DNA from: Candidatus Curtissbacteria bacterium
GTDB taxonomy: Bacteria > Patescibacteriota > Microgenomatia > Curtissbacterales > GWA2-41-24
Assembly (NCBI GenBank): GCA_016183325.1
Contig: JACPEV010000003.1
Coordinates: forward strand, 82,000-145,999
Direction: 5' to 3'
DNA: 64,000 nucleotides
How positions within the stretch are numbered: the stretch's first letter is position 1; each line of letters begins with the position of its first letter. Position numbers and translations under genes: made by a program. The notes beneath the pieces are model-generated. The model was not told the origin of the DNA. It searched no databases and saw nothing but the letters and a program-made list of their open reading frames with translations. Below, piece after piece: positions 9,131 through 18,384 of this stretch.

Positions 9131-10687
9131 ATGTTTCCCCTAACAGAGAATTATTTGACGCGTGGTTTTTGGGGTGATGAGGCGTGGACTTCGCTGATTT
9201 CGCAACTTCCGTATTTGCAAATGCTAAAAACCACGGCAGCGGATTTTCATCCCCCCGGATATTACACGGTGGTTGAGCTTTGGTATAAGGTTTTCCCGCC
9301 AACGGAAGTTTCGACAAGAATCGTTTCCATTGTTTTTTACTTTTTGACGATTTTTTTGGTTTATAAGCTTGCATCTCTTCTTATTAATTCCACCTCCGAG
9401 GAGCCCCCTTCGACTGCTTCGACTACGCTCAGTACGGGTTTGCTCAGGGCAAGCGAGCTCACCTCGGAGGTGAATAGGGATAAAGTTGAAGGGTCCAAGC
9501 TCGCACCTTGGGAGGTGATTAGTAAAAAAAGATTCTGGGGACTCTTGAGCGCAATAGTTGTCGCTGTTAATCCAATCTTTTTTACTTATGCGTTTGAAGC
9601 AAGGAACTATACGATGTTTGCATTTGCGTCTGTCGGATCTATTTATTTTTTGATTGGAATTTTGAACAAATCCACCTCCGAGGTGAAAAGTACTCCCACC
9701 TCGCAGGTGACTGGAGGTAAAGTTGAGGAGTCAAAGCTCGCACCTTGGGAGGTAAGTAGGGGTGGTGTTACTAATGTGATCTTTTTTATTCTTTTTTCAA
9801 CCTTAGGCATTTATACCCATTACTACATGTTTTTGACGCTTTTTGCACAGGGATTTTATATTGTACTTTTTCATCGAAAAATTCTTTTGAAAATGATCGG
9901 TATTTATGCAATCATCGGACTTTTATATTTGCCTTGGATGCCTTTTTTGTTGGGACAGCTAAAATCCGTCGGAAGCGGCTATTGGATCGGCCCAATAGAT
10001 GGGAAAACGCACTGGGAGGCAATTTTGCGCATACTTTCTGGAGAATTTGAAAATGGTTTTCGACCATTTTTATTGACACTTTCAATCGGGTTGATACTCA
10101 CAGGATTTTTTCAACATTTAAAAAAGAGGATATTGGCAAAAGCCTACATTTTGATTTGGTTTTGGGCGGTAGTGCCATTTATTCTGGCAACGTTACCAGG
10201 ACTTTCCATTAACGGTTTTAAATTACCCTTTCGACCAATTTTTTTCTGGAGATATTTGATCCCGGCTTCGGTACCCTTGTCGCTGATTATCTTGCAACCA
10301 CTGAGAACACTGAAATTGCAACCACTGAAAATACTGACATTAATCACTGTGATAGCACTGAGTTTGACTATAGATTATCTGACATTGACCCGCTATCCTT
10401 ACACTTTTCGCCAAGTTTATGAACAAAAAGTTTTGCCTGAAATTGCCTCTCGCGATAAAATAGTAACCGTTCTGCCTTCTTTCGCCGAAGTCCTTTACTA
10501 TCGAAATCGTTTTAGACTTGATAATGAACTAATAATTTTGCCAGAGGGAATAGTGCAATTTTCAGGGAAAAGTTTACTAGACGCATATGTGCAAAATGGA
10601 GTTGTAAAAATCGATGACAATCCGGCCGGAAGATATTTTGAGTTGAGACCAGGGCCGAGTATCGAAATGATAGAAAATAGTTTATAG
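9131..10687 (+). CDS. GT-C glycosyltransferase (GT39/ArnT/PMT-like) with two in-frame repeat-element insertions
   Basis: GDEAW DE-motif near the N-terminus and a polytopic membrane body; insertions at 9391-9472 and 9673-9709. Confidence 0.65.
   Translation: MFPLTENYLTRGFWGDEAWTSLISQLPYLQMLKTTAADFHPPGYYTVVELWYKVFPPTEVSTRIVSIVFYFLTIFLVYKLASLLINSTSEEPPSTASTTLSTGLLRASELTSEVNRDKVEGSKLAPWEVISKKRFWGLLSAIVVAVNPIFFTYAFEARNYTMFAFASVGSIYFLIGILNKSTSEVKSTPTSQVTGGKVEESKLAPWEVSRGGVTNVIFFILFSTLGIYTHYYMFLTLFAQGFYIVLFHRKILLKMIGIYAIIGLLYLPWMPFLLGQLKSVGSGYWIGPIDGKTHWEAILRILSGEFENGFRPFLLTLSIGLILTGFFQHLKKRILAKAYILIWFWAVVPFILATLPGLSINGFKLPFRPIFFWRYLIPASVPLSLIILQPLRTLKLQPLKILTLITVIALSLTIDYLTLTRYPYTFRQVYEQKVLPEIASRDKIVTVLPSFAEVLYYRNRFRLDNELIILPEGIVQFSGKSLLDAYVQNGVVKIDDNPAGRYFELRPGPSIEMIENSL
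9391..9472. repeat. 82-bp palindrome-terminated GC-rich element (CACCTCCGAGG…CCTCGGAGGTG), in-frame inside the GT-C gene
   Basis: Exact reverse complement of 37933-38014. Confidence 0.9.
9673..9709. repeat. 37-bp short derivative of the same element (cacctccgaggtgaaaagtactcccacctcgcaggtg)
   Basis: Near-identical to 37587-37623. Confidence 0.85.
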
Positions 10688-10800
10688 AAAGTGGAAAGAA
10701 GTAATGGACATTAGATAATAGAAATTGGACAATTTTCCAGTTTCCATTTTCCATAACCAATCTCTAGTTTCTAAAAACTAATTTCTTTTATGATTTACGG

Positions 10801-12270
10801 TTGTCTGATATGAAGAAGCATTTTTTGGTATTTGCCTTAATTCTATTTCTAATTTTCATCTTCCGTCTTCCATCACTCTTCGAACCTTTCTGGTACGGGG
10901 ATGAGGGCATTTTTGCGGCGGTTGCCAATAATTTGAATCAGGGAGGAGTGCTCTATCGTGACTCTTGGGATAACAAGCCGCCAATGATTTATTTGACTTA
11001 TGCTGCCATTTTTAAGTTTTTCGGAGTTTCTATGTTCTGGTTGAGACTTGCGGCGGCGATCGTCGTTCTGACAACAGCAGCAGTCATCTATGAAATTGGC
11101 CAAAAGATGCTTAGTAAAAAGAGGGCACTTTTGGCAACTTTCACTTTTGGATTTTTGACCTCGCTAAGGCTTATAGAAGGAAACTTGGCTTTAACAGAAA
11201 TCTTGATGATTCTGCCTATAACACTGGCGATCTTGATGGCAATTCTTCGTAAATTCGATTATGTTTCGCTTTTTTTCGCAGGCTTTCTTTTTGCGGTTGC
11301 TTCCCTCTATAAACAAGTGGGCGCTCTGGAAACAGGTGCACTGGGAATATATATCTTTTTGATCAGTAAAAATTTTGGCCAGTTTTTCACCAAAGGACTT
11401 GTTTTAACTGCTGGATTCGCAGTTCCATTTTTAGCATTTATTGCCTACTTTGCACCAAAAAATTTAGTCGGGGAATATATTTTCGCAGCTTATACTTACT
11501 ATCGAATTTATTTTGGTGAGAGTCCCAAATATACTTTTTTGATTAACCTATTAAAGTTTTTACCAATTATGGCAGCTGTGGCATGGGGCGCCTATCAAAA
11601 GGCTAGAAAAAAAGTTCAGCTTTTAAATTTATTATTACTTTGGGCCGCTTTTTCGGCTTTAGGCAGTTTTTTTTCGGGAAGAACTTACGGTCATTATCTG
11701 ATTCAAACGATCCCAGCAATTTCACTGATTTTGGCTTCGATTAATCTAAAATTCAAATTCAAGAAAAATGTTTTGATTTTTGGTCTTTTCTTTTTAGCAC
11801 CTCTTTTGATTTTGACCAAAGTTCTCTTTTTCGATTTTTTGACTTCGGGACCGTTAAATCAGTTCGGATACTGGGGTAACTTTTTGGCGTACAGTTTGGG
11901 CAAAAAAGGTCTTGATAACTATAATGACTATTTTGACAAAAATGTAAACTCAATTATGGCACTTGCCGACTTCTTTGCCACAAGGGGTGATGTGCAACCA
12001 ACTGCCTATATATGGGGAGACTACCCATGGCTTTATGCAATTTCTGATTTAAAAAATCCCGTCCGATATGTTACATCGTTTCACGTTTTCGGAGTTGGTG
12101 GCGGGCGCAGTGAAGTGGCAAAAGCTCTCACCTTGCGTCCTCCAAAATATATTATTAAACCTGCCAGTTCTATTGGGTATTTTAATGAGCTTGAAAGACT
12201 TTTAGTCGTAAAATATAGATTGTTTGCCAAGATAGAGTCAGCTGACGTCTATATAAAAGAACCTGAATAG
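10801..12270 (+). CDS. GT39/ArnT-family glycosyltransferase (dolichyl/undecaprenyl-phosphate-sugar dependent)
   Basis: FWYGDEGIFAA DE-motif after TM1, polytopic membrane protein, 489 aa. Confidence 0.7.
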   Translation: MSDMKKHFLVFALILFLIFIFRLPSLFEPFWYGDEGIFAAVANNLNQGGVLYRDSWDNKPPMIYLTYAAIFKFFGVSMFWLRLAAAIVVLTTAAVIYEIGQKMLSKKRALLATFTFGFLTSLRLIEGNLALTEILMILPITLAILMAILRKFDYVSLFFAGFLFAVASLYKQVGALETGALGIYIFLISKNFGQFFTKGLVLTAGFAVPFLAFIAYFAPKNLVGEYIFAAYTYYRIYFGESPKYTFLINLLKFLPIMAAVAWGAYQKARKKVQLLNLLLLWAAFSALGSFFSGRTYGHYLIQTIPAISLILASINLKFKFKKNVLIFGLFFLAPLLILTKVLFFDFLTSGPLNQFGYWGNFLAYSLGKKGLDNYNDYFDKNVNSIMALADFFATRGDVQPTAYIWGDYPWLYAISDLKNPVRYVTSFHVFGVGGGRSEVAKALTLRPPKYIIKPASSIGYFNELERLLVVKYRLFAKIESADVYIKEPE

Positions 12271-12272
12271 AG

Positions 12273-12674
12273 ATGGCTAAGAACAACAACAATACTTCCG
12301 CACGCCACTTAGATTCGTATGCGACAATTGCCCAAAGAAACTTTCAAAAGGATAAATTTGTACTTCTCGTTTTTTTGGCGGCCGTAATTTCAATCTTTTT
12401 GCAGGCTGCCATAATCGTGGGATCCTGGAGTAAATTGCCTCCAGAAATTCCGCTTTATTACTCAAGGCCATGGGGAGAAAATGTTCTTTCCCCGCCTGTT
12501 GGCTTGTGGCTTTTACCTGGCATTGGTCTCGTTTGCCTAATAATTAACTTCTTAATTGAAACTTTTCTAATTTCTGAAAACAAATTTCTTTCGAGAATTC
12601 TGGCTATTTTCTGTTTTTTGGTAGCTTTGACGACTTTATACGGTACTTTTAAAATAGTCAGTCTTTTAATATGA
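12273..12674 (+). CDS. small integral membrane protein
   Basis: Three predicted TM helices; sits in an operon with the glycosyltransferases. Confidence 0.45.
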   Translation: MAKNNNNTSARHLDSYATIAQRNFQKDKFVLLVFLAAVISIFLQAAIIVGSWSKLPPEIPLYYSRPWGENVLSPPVGLWLLPGIGLVCLIINFLIETFLISENKFLSRILAIFCFLVALTTLYGTFKIVSLLI

Positions 12675-13765
12675 ATTTAATTATTCCTTTTGGCGTATCG
12701 TTGATCTTAAGTTTGATCTTGACACCTTTGACTATTTTATTTGCTAAAAAATACGGGCTAGTTGATGATCCAAGAGTCCATAAACACCCCGCAATTTTGC
12801 ATAAGAGGGCGGTACCAAGGGCAGGTGGAATTCCAATTTTTTTAGCTTTTGTGGCAACCATAGTTTTGACACTTGGCTTATCAAAACAAATTATTGGAGT
12901 TTTTTTGGGAGGTTTGTTGCTTGTGGTAGTTGGGATTATGGATGATAAATATGATTTAAAAAATTCGTATAAACTTTTCTTTCAAATTTTGGCAGCACTA
13001 CTTGTGATTGCCAGCGGAGTAGGTATTACTTTTATAACTAATCCGTTTACGCTATTTGACTCTTCTGGCTTTGGCTTGGGACCTGTAATTCATCTAGATT
13101 TCTGGCGTCTTAGTTTTAATTTTTTTGGAGAACATTCGATTTTAGTTTTGGCAGATATTTTCGCACTATTTTGGATTGTATGGGTCATTAACATGGTTAA
13201 CTTTTCGACAGGAGTGGATGGACAAATGCCTGGAATAGTTTTTGCTTCGCTGATGGTAATATTTATAGCCACTTTGAGATTTTTCCCGAAAGATCCGAAT
13301 GAGCTTATTGTTACTAAAATGGCACTAGTCGGAGCAGGTGCAACTTTGGGATTTTTGTTTTTTAACTTTTATCCGGCAAAAATTTTCCCTGGAGATTCCG
13401 GGTCTTATTTTTTGGGATTTTTAGTAGCGGTTTTGGCAATACTAGCTGGAGCAAGAGTAGGAACTGCAATTTTAGTAATGGCAGTACCGCTAATTGATGG
13501 GGTTTTTACAATCATCAGGAGAATTATAAACAGGCAATCACCTTTTGTCGGAGACCGGAAACATCTGCAACACAGGCTGATGGAACTAGGCTGGGGACAG
13601 AGACGAGTAGCCTTGTTTTATTGGCTTTTGTGTGCTATTTTGGGGCTTATTGCGCTGACTCTTTCGCCGACTGAAAAACTTTTCGCAGGAATTGTTAGCG
13701 CTATTATTGTCTTAGGAGGATTGCTTTGGCTCAATATGAGTTTACAACAAAAGGCCCAAGATTAA
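12671..13765 (+). CDS. polyprenyl-phosphate sugar-1-phosphate transferase (MraY/WecA family)
   Basis: DDxxD motif IMDDKYDL and NMVNFSTGVDG; ~10 TM helices. Confidence 0.8.
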   Translation: MNLIIPFGVSLILSLILTPLTILFAKKYGLVDDPRVHKHPAILHKRAVPRAGGIPIFLAFVATIVLTLGLSKQIIGVFLGGLLLVVVGIMDDKYDLKNSYKLFFQILAALLVIASGVGITFITNPFTLFDSSGFGLGPVIHLDFWRLSFNFFGEHSILVLADIFALFWIVWVINMVNFSTGVDGQMPGIVFASLMVIFIATLRFFPKDPNELIVTKMALVGAGATLGFLFFNFYPAKIFPGDSGSYFLGFLVAVLAILAGARVGTAILVMAVPLIDGVFTIIRRIINRQSPFVGDRKHLQHRLMELGWGQRRVALFYWLLCAILGLIALTLSPTEKLFAGIVSAIIVLGGLLWLNMSLQQKAQD

Positions 13766-14736
13766 TCTGGTTACCATTTTGGTTGTTAATCTCTGCACGG
13801 CCAAGACAATGGCTTAAGAACTTAGCTCTTTTTGCTCCATTAGTTTTCGAAGGTGAATTTTTTAATCCTAACAAATTTTTTATTACAATTTTTGGTTTTT
13901 TCATTTTTTCGATGATAACTTCGGGAATTTATATTATTAATGACGTAATTGATCTCAAATCTGATCTTGTCCATCCTTATAAAAGAAAAAGGCCAATTGC
14001 AGCAGGAAAGATTAATCCAATTGTGGCACTGATTTGCGCAGTTTTAATTTTGATTGTGGCGCTATTTCTGGCCAGTAAACTTTCGTCATTCTTTGCATAT
14101 GCGGCTATTGCTTACACAATTTTGCAGATTGTTTATTCTCTGTTTTTAAGATCGGTGATTTTGGTGGATGTGATGGCGATCGCTTCGGGATTTTTACTAA
14201 GAGTTTACGCGGGAGCCTCGCTAATTGACGCTCACGTAACGGTTTGGTTTATTTTAACGGTTGTGTCTCTGGCCTTGTTTTTGGCAATTGGAAAAAGGCG
14301 CTCTGAGCGTACATTGCTTATGGCGAGTGAAGAAAAGACTCTTGGGACGAGAAGGATTTTGCATCATTATCCGGAGACACTTCTTGATTCCTTAACAATT
14401 ATGTTTGCGACTGCATCCTGGCTTTCTTATACGATGTTTACGTTTTTGCAACCCCCACCTTCTGCAGGACCGCAAGTTTTAGTTTTGTTTGGCGACTATT
14501 TGCCAAGAACTTTTTTGGCATCTAAATGGCTGATGATTACTGTACCTTTTGTGATTTATGGCGTAATGAGGTATTTGTATGTGATTTATGAGAAAAAAGA
14601 GGGCGAATCGCCGGAGAGAATTTTACTCTCTGATATCCCGCTTCTGACTTCAGTAATATTGTGGATGGTCTTGGTTTTTGTGATTATTTACGGCAGCGAC
14701 TTTTTGCCGGCCAGAATAATTCGCTATTTGCAGTAG
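13726..14736 (+). CDS. UbiA-family prenyltransferase, decaprenyl-phosphate phosphoribosyltransferase (DPPR synthase)-like
   Basis: RPRQWLKN N-terminus and NDVIDLKSDLVHPYKRKRPIAAGKI (NDxxDxxxD). Confidence 0.7.
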   Translation: MAQYEFTTKGPRLIWLPFWLLISARPRQWLKNLALFAPLVFEGEFFNPNKFFITIFGFFIFSMITSGIYIINDVIDLKSDLVHPYKRKRPIAAGKINPIVALICAVLILIVALFLASKLSSFFAYAAIAYTILQIVYSLFLRSVILVDVMAIASGFLLRVYAGASLIDAHVTVWFILTVVSLALFLAIGKRRSERTLLMASEEKTLGTRRILHHYPETLLDSLTIMFATASWLSYTMFTFLQPPPSAGPQVLVLFGDYLPRTFLASKWLMITVPFVIYGVMRYLYVIYEKKEGESPERILLSDIPLLTSVILWMVLVFVIIYGSDFLPARIIRYLQ

Positions 14737-14808
14737 GTCTATCACGATCCCGTTTCGTGATTGTTTCGTGATTATACCAACAATGGTTGGAGAAGGCGAA
14801 AGGGCATT

Positions 14809-14845
14809 GACTTGTTACTATTATACTAGTATATTAGTTTTTGAA
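14809..14845 (+). promoter_or_regulatory. sigma70-like promoter (TTGACT-17-TATATT) overlapping the 12-bp palindrome TATACTAGTATA
   Basis: Read directly; a second copy of attatactagtatatt-r-gtttt lies at 15283-15310. Confidence 0.5.
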
Positions 14846-14847
14846 AC

Positions 14848-15279
14848 GTGACGCGGGTTTCAAGAATAAAATTGCACCCAAAAAAGATTGCAGAAATACG
14901 AGAATACTTCTCTTTCCTGATTGCTTCCCTTAACAATTCGGGTGAGATAGAAAATTTTCTTGATGGTTTTTTAACAGATGAAGAGAAAGTTATGCTTTCA
15001 AAAAGACTGGTTCTTTTGATGATGTTGAAACGGGGATACTTATCAGGCGAGATTGCGTCGGTTCTTTCGATGAGCTACGAGAGTATAAGAACATATAAAA
15101 ACCTGCTGGTTACCAGAAATAACCAGTTTCATAAGACGATCAAGATACTTGTTAAGAGAGATGGAGCTAAGGAATTCTGGCAAAAGGTGGACAAAATATT
15201 GAAACCTCTGGACTTGGCTTTACGTTCTGGAACTGATATGAAGGCCCGAGCGAAGCTCTACTCTGGTGACTGGAACTAG
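14848..15279 (+). CDS. TrpR/YerC/YecD-family small DNA-binding protein
   Basis: Resembles the Trp-repressor-like YerC family (SxxEIAxxLxxS HTH). Confidence 0.6.
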   Translation: MTRVSRIKLHPKKIAEIREYFSFLIASLNNSGEIENFLDGFLTDEEKVMLSKRLVLLMMLKRGYLSGEIASVLSMSYESIRTYKNLLVTRNNQFHKTIKILVKRDGAKEFWQKVDKILKPLDLALRSGTDMKARAKLYSGDWN

Positions 15280-15313
15280 TACCATTATACTAGTATATTG
15301 GTTTTAAAGACAT

Positions 15314-15766
15314 TTAGTTTGCTCGAATAGTAAATTCAATTGTTTGACCTTCGGCAGTAGCTTCTTCACCTGAGAAGAGGCTAATGGGAACTGAGGTTTT
15401 TTGGGGAACTGCGATTTTGGTGATTTGATTATCGAGATCTTCGCTGAAAAAGGGCTTGGCTTGGCCGGATGTGACGTCCAGTGAATAAGTTTGAGTTTGA
15501 TTGGTGGGATTATTGAGAATGAGGACTGAAAGAAAGGCTTGGGATGGGCCAAGTTTATCAAAGGAAATTTTATAGCGATCTTCTTGTTGTGATAAAGTCA
15601 TATCTGGGAATTTGTCGATTTGGGAAACTATTAGATATTTTGACTGGTTTTTGACTCCGGCCACTTTTGTAAAACTTGCGGCAAATAAAAGAGGTAGGGC
15701 AAGAATAGCAATTAAAATTAGGGTGGCGAAAAAGTTGGCAGTGATTTTGAGAAAATGATTATTCAT
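15314..15766 (-). CDS. secreted hypothetical protein
   Basis: N-terminal signal peptide/TM; no motifs. Confidence 0.45.
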   Translation of the reverse strand: MNNHFLKITANFFATLILIAILALPLLFAASFTKVAGVKNQSKYLIVSQIDKFPDMTLSQQEDRYKISFDKLGPSQAFLSVLILNNPTNQTQTYSLDVTSGQAKPFFSEDLDNQITKIAVPQKTSVPISLFSGEEATAEGQTIEFTIRAN

Positions 15767-15873
15767 TTTAAATTTCTAATTACTCTAATTTCTAATTTCT
15801 AAATAATATCCCAATTAATAAATTTCTAATTTTTAGGTCAATTAGAATAATTAGGTTAATTAGGTCAATTCTA

Positions 15874-16407
15874 CTAGTTCCTACTAAGCTCTATTTCCCT
15901 TTCGATATCAATGGCAAAAACCCAGGAAAAGTTGGCGGCAACAATAAAAGCGATGAAGGCAAGATAAGGATAAGTAATGCCCAGAACTGTGGAGATAATC
16001 AGAAAGCCGACTGTCAGCCACAAAAAGATAAGCCAGATGGCAGCTTGATGATAGAGATGGTAGCTTGGAGCCACAAGATTTTCTAAATTTAATGCGACTA
16101 GTTTGGCATGAAGAGTGGGGTGGATATGACTTTCGTGGAAGTAGTGGGCTTGGATGATCACCAAAAGAGTGCCGAGACTGGCGGCTATAAACATACCCAT
16201 GTTGGAGTAGCTTTCGGCCAGAATGTAATCTTTGAGATTGGCAAATTCAACAGCAGGTAAGATTTTAAGGAAATGGCCGGCTTGGACCGTAAAAGGTAAT
16301 TGGAAATAGAGACTGGCCAAAAGAAGGCCAAGCATTTTACCAATGATCAAAGCAGCTGCGGGCATGATAGCCTCGTCGATGAGTTTGAGAAGAGATTTAA
16401 CAATCAT
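15874..16407 (-). CDS. integral membrane hypothetical protein
   Basis: Four to five TM helices. Confidence 0.45.
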   Translation of the reverse strand: MIVKSLLKLIDEAIMPAAALIIGKMLGLLLASLYFQLPFTVQAGHFLKILPAVEFANLKDYILAESYSNMGMFIAASLGTLLVIIQAHYFHESHIHPTLHAKLVALNLENLVAPSYHLYHQAAIWLIFLWLTVGFLIISTVLGITYPYLAFIAFIVAANFSWVFAIDIEREIELSRN

Positions 16408-16599
16408 AAGCTAAGTTTACCAAATTTAGGGGATTGCATAATTACGAACGTAAAACCATCATCAATTTTGCCATGGCGAATTGTGTGATGGCAATTTCAA
16501 TTTGTAAACATTGATGGAGATATGAACTTATGTTAGTTTCTTCCAGTAAATTTATAGCCAATGAGCTTGTAGGCCAGTTTGGCAGCTGGAAAATCTTGG

Positions 16600-17484
16600 C
16601 TATTGGGGAGCTTCGGCCGTTGCTAGAATTACTATCATCCCTTCTTCTTTTTCAAGACTGCCTTCGGTCCCTGGAATATATTTTCGGACTCTAACCGATT
16701 CGAAACCAGCTTTTTTTAATGCTTTTCTCAGCGAATTTTGGTCAATCGTCAGATTCGTGTGGTACTTTTGGGTAACAATTGGATCTTCACCAAAAGTTTC
16801 AATATTCTCTTCAGTGAATTCTTGAAAATCAATTATTATTAAACGACCTTGTGGATTTAAATGGTTTCTAATCTGTTTAAAAAGTGGAAGCTCTGTAAGT
16901 TCGTGCACCCCTTGAGGTGCAAATATGGCAAAAGTCATCATGATATTGTCAAATTTTCTATCACCTAGGCTTCTATCCAGATCGTAATAATCGCCAACGA
17001 TTAGATCCGCCTTTCCATCTGGTGTTAGACTTTTTGCTACTAGAGCCCGGGTGATCCCTTCAGGAGTTCGACCTTGACCATATCGTTTATACCTGGCGAT
17101 TGCTTCTATTAATGTTTTTAAATTTTCTACATCCCTGCCTTCGGCGTATTGGAAAGTTGCTGCTTCACCCTTTAAGGCCTGGTAGAACTCTCTTAATGCT
17201 TGAATGTTTTTGGCAGAAAGATCAAAAGCCGTTATACAGGTAACTTTATCTTCAACTGCTGGCATGTAGTACCAGTGGGTACTTCCAGCTCCTAAGTTTA
17301 GAAGGGACCCCTCTCGTACAGATCCCCTGAGAAACGTCAAAAAAGCTTGCAGATCAGGATCGTCAATTATTGCCCTTCCTTTTTCCCTGTAGATATTTTC
17401 TCTATCGAAGTCGCGTCGGACGGGACCGATAGGATTGTAACCTTCTTGATTATGTTCGCCTTCAGTGAATTCAACCATAAACAA
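16600..17484 (-). CDS. class I SAM-dependent methyltransferase
   Basis: Motif I LLNLGAGST; Rossmann MTase pattern. Confidence 0.6.
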   Translation of the reverse strand: MFMVEFTEGEHNQEGYNPIGPVRRDFDRENIYREKGRAIIDDPDLQAFLTFLRGSVREGSLLNLGAGSTHWYYMPAVEDKVTCITAFDLSAKNIQALREFYQALKGEAATFQYAEGRDVENLKTLIEAIARYKRYGQGRTPEGITRALVAKSLTPDGKADLIVGDYYDLDRSLGDRKFDNIMMTFAIFAPQGVHELTELPLFKQIRNHLNPQGRLIIIDFQEFTEENIETFGEDPIVTQKYHTNLTIDQNSLRKALKKAGFESVRVRKYIPGTEGSLEKEEGMIVILATAEAPQ

Positions 17485-17499
17485 AATTATAGCATATCT

Positions 17500-18384
17500 T
17501 CATAAGAATCTGTATCCTATAAGTTTGTAGGCCAGTTTGGCGGCAAGAAAATCGGGGGCTTGCTGTCCGGGGATGGGGTCAAGCTCGACGATATCGCAGC
17601 CAACAATGTTGTGTTTTTGGGCAACTTTTTTAAGGAGTGCAAGGGTTTCATACCAACCAATTCCACCGGGTTCGGGTGTACCAACAGCTGGCATGATAGA
17701 TGTATCAAAAGCATCAAGATCAAATGTTAGATAGACATTTTTCTTGAGAGTGGCAAGAATTTTACTGACTGGAAGTTCAGGAGCATAAAAAATATTATTT
17801 AATTTGGATTTTTTGAAAAATTCGGCCTCTTCTTTGCTGTGACTGCGAATACCAACATGAGTAACGGGAATTTTTAGATCTTCAACGACTCTGCGCATAG
17901 TTGTGGCATGCGAGTAAAGAGTGTCTTCAAATTCAAACCGAGAGTCAGTGTGGGCATCAAGTTGAAGCACAGAAAGATTGCGGTATTTTTGGGCGCAGGC
18001 AGCGGCACCGGCAAGGGCCAGGGAGTGCTCGCCGCCGAGCATTAAAGGAAATTTGTTGTCTTTGAGTATGCCTGCGATGATATCTGTCACTCGATCGATA
18101 GTTTCTTTGGGAGAATTTTTGGAGACTTGAACCTCGCCAAGGGTAAAGACACCAACCTCTGACGAGTCTTTTTTGAGCTCTTCATCCCAAAGTTCCAGGT
18201 GTCTTGAGGCCTCGATTATTGCTCGAGGCCCATCTTTGGTGCCGGATTTCCAGTAAGTGGTGGAATTATACGGGACTGGCAAAACGACAACTTTTGATGA
18301 GTCGTAATCTTGAATGTCTAGACCCAAGAAATTAAAGGGTTCTGTTTGGGGGTAGTTAAAATTAGGTCCCCGTAAATCCGCCAT
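17500..18384 (-). CDS. speB: agmatinase/arginase-family ureohydrolase
   Basis: GGEHS, DAHTD and DLDAFD metal-binding motifs. Confidence 0.8.
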   Translation of the reverse strand: MADLRGPNFNYPQTEPFNFLGLDIQDYDSSKVVVLPVPYNSTTYWKSGTKDGPRAIIEASRHLELWDEELKKDSSEVGVFTLGEVQVSKNSPKETIDRVTDIIAGILKDNKFPLMLGGEHSLALAGAAACAQKYRNLSVLQLDAHTDSRFEFEDTLYSHATTMRRVVEDLKIPVTHVGIRSHSKEEAEFFKKSKLNNIFYAPELPVSKILATLKKNVYLTFDLDAFDTSIMPAVGTPEPGGIGWYETLALLKKVAQKHNIVGCDIVELDPIPGQQAPDFLAAKLAYKLIGYRFL

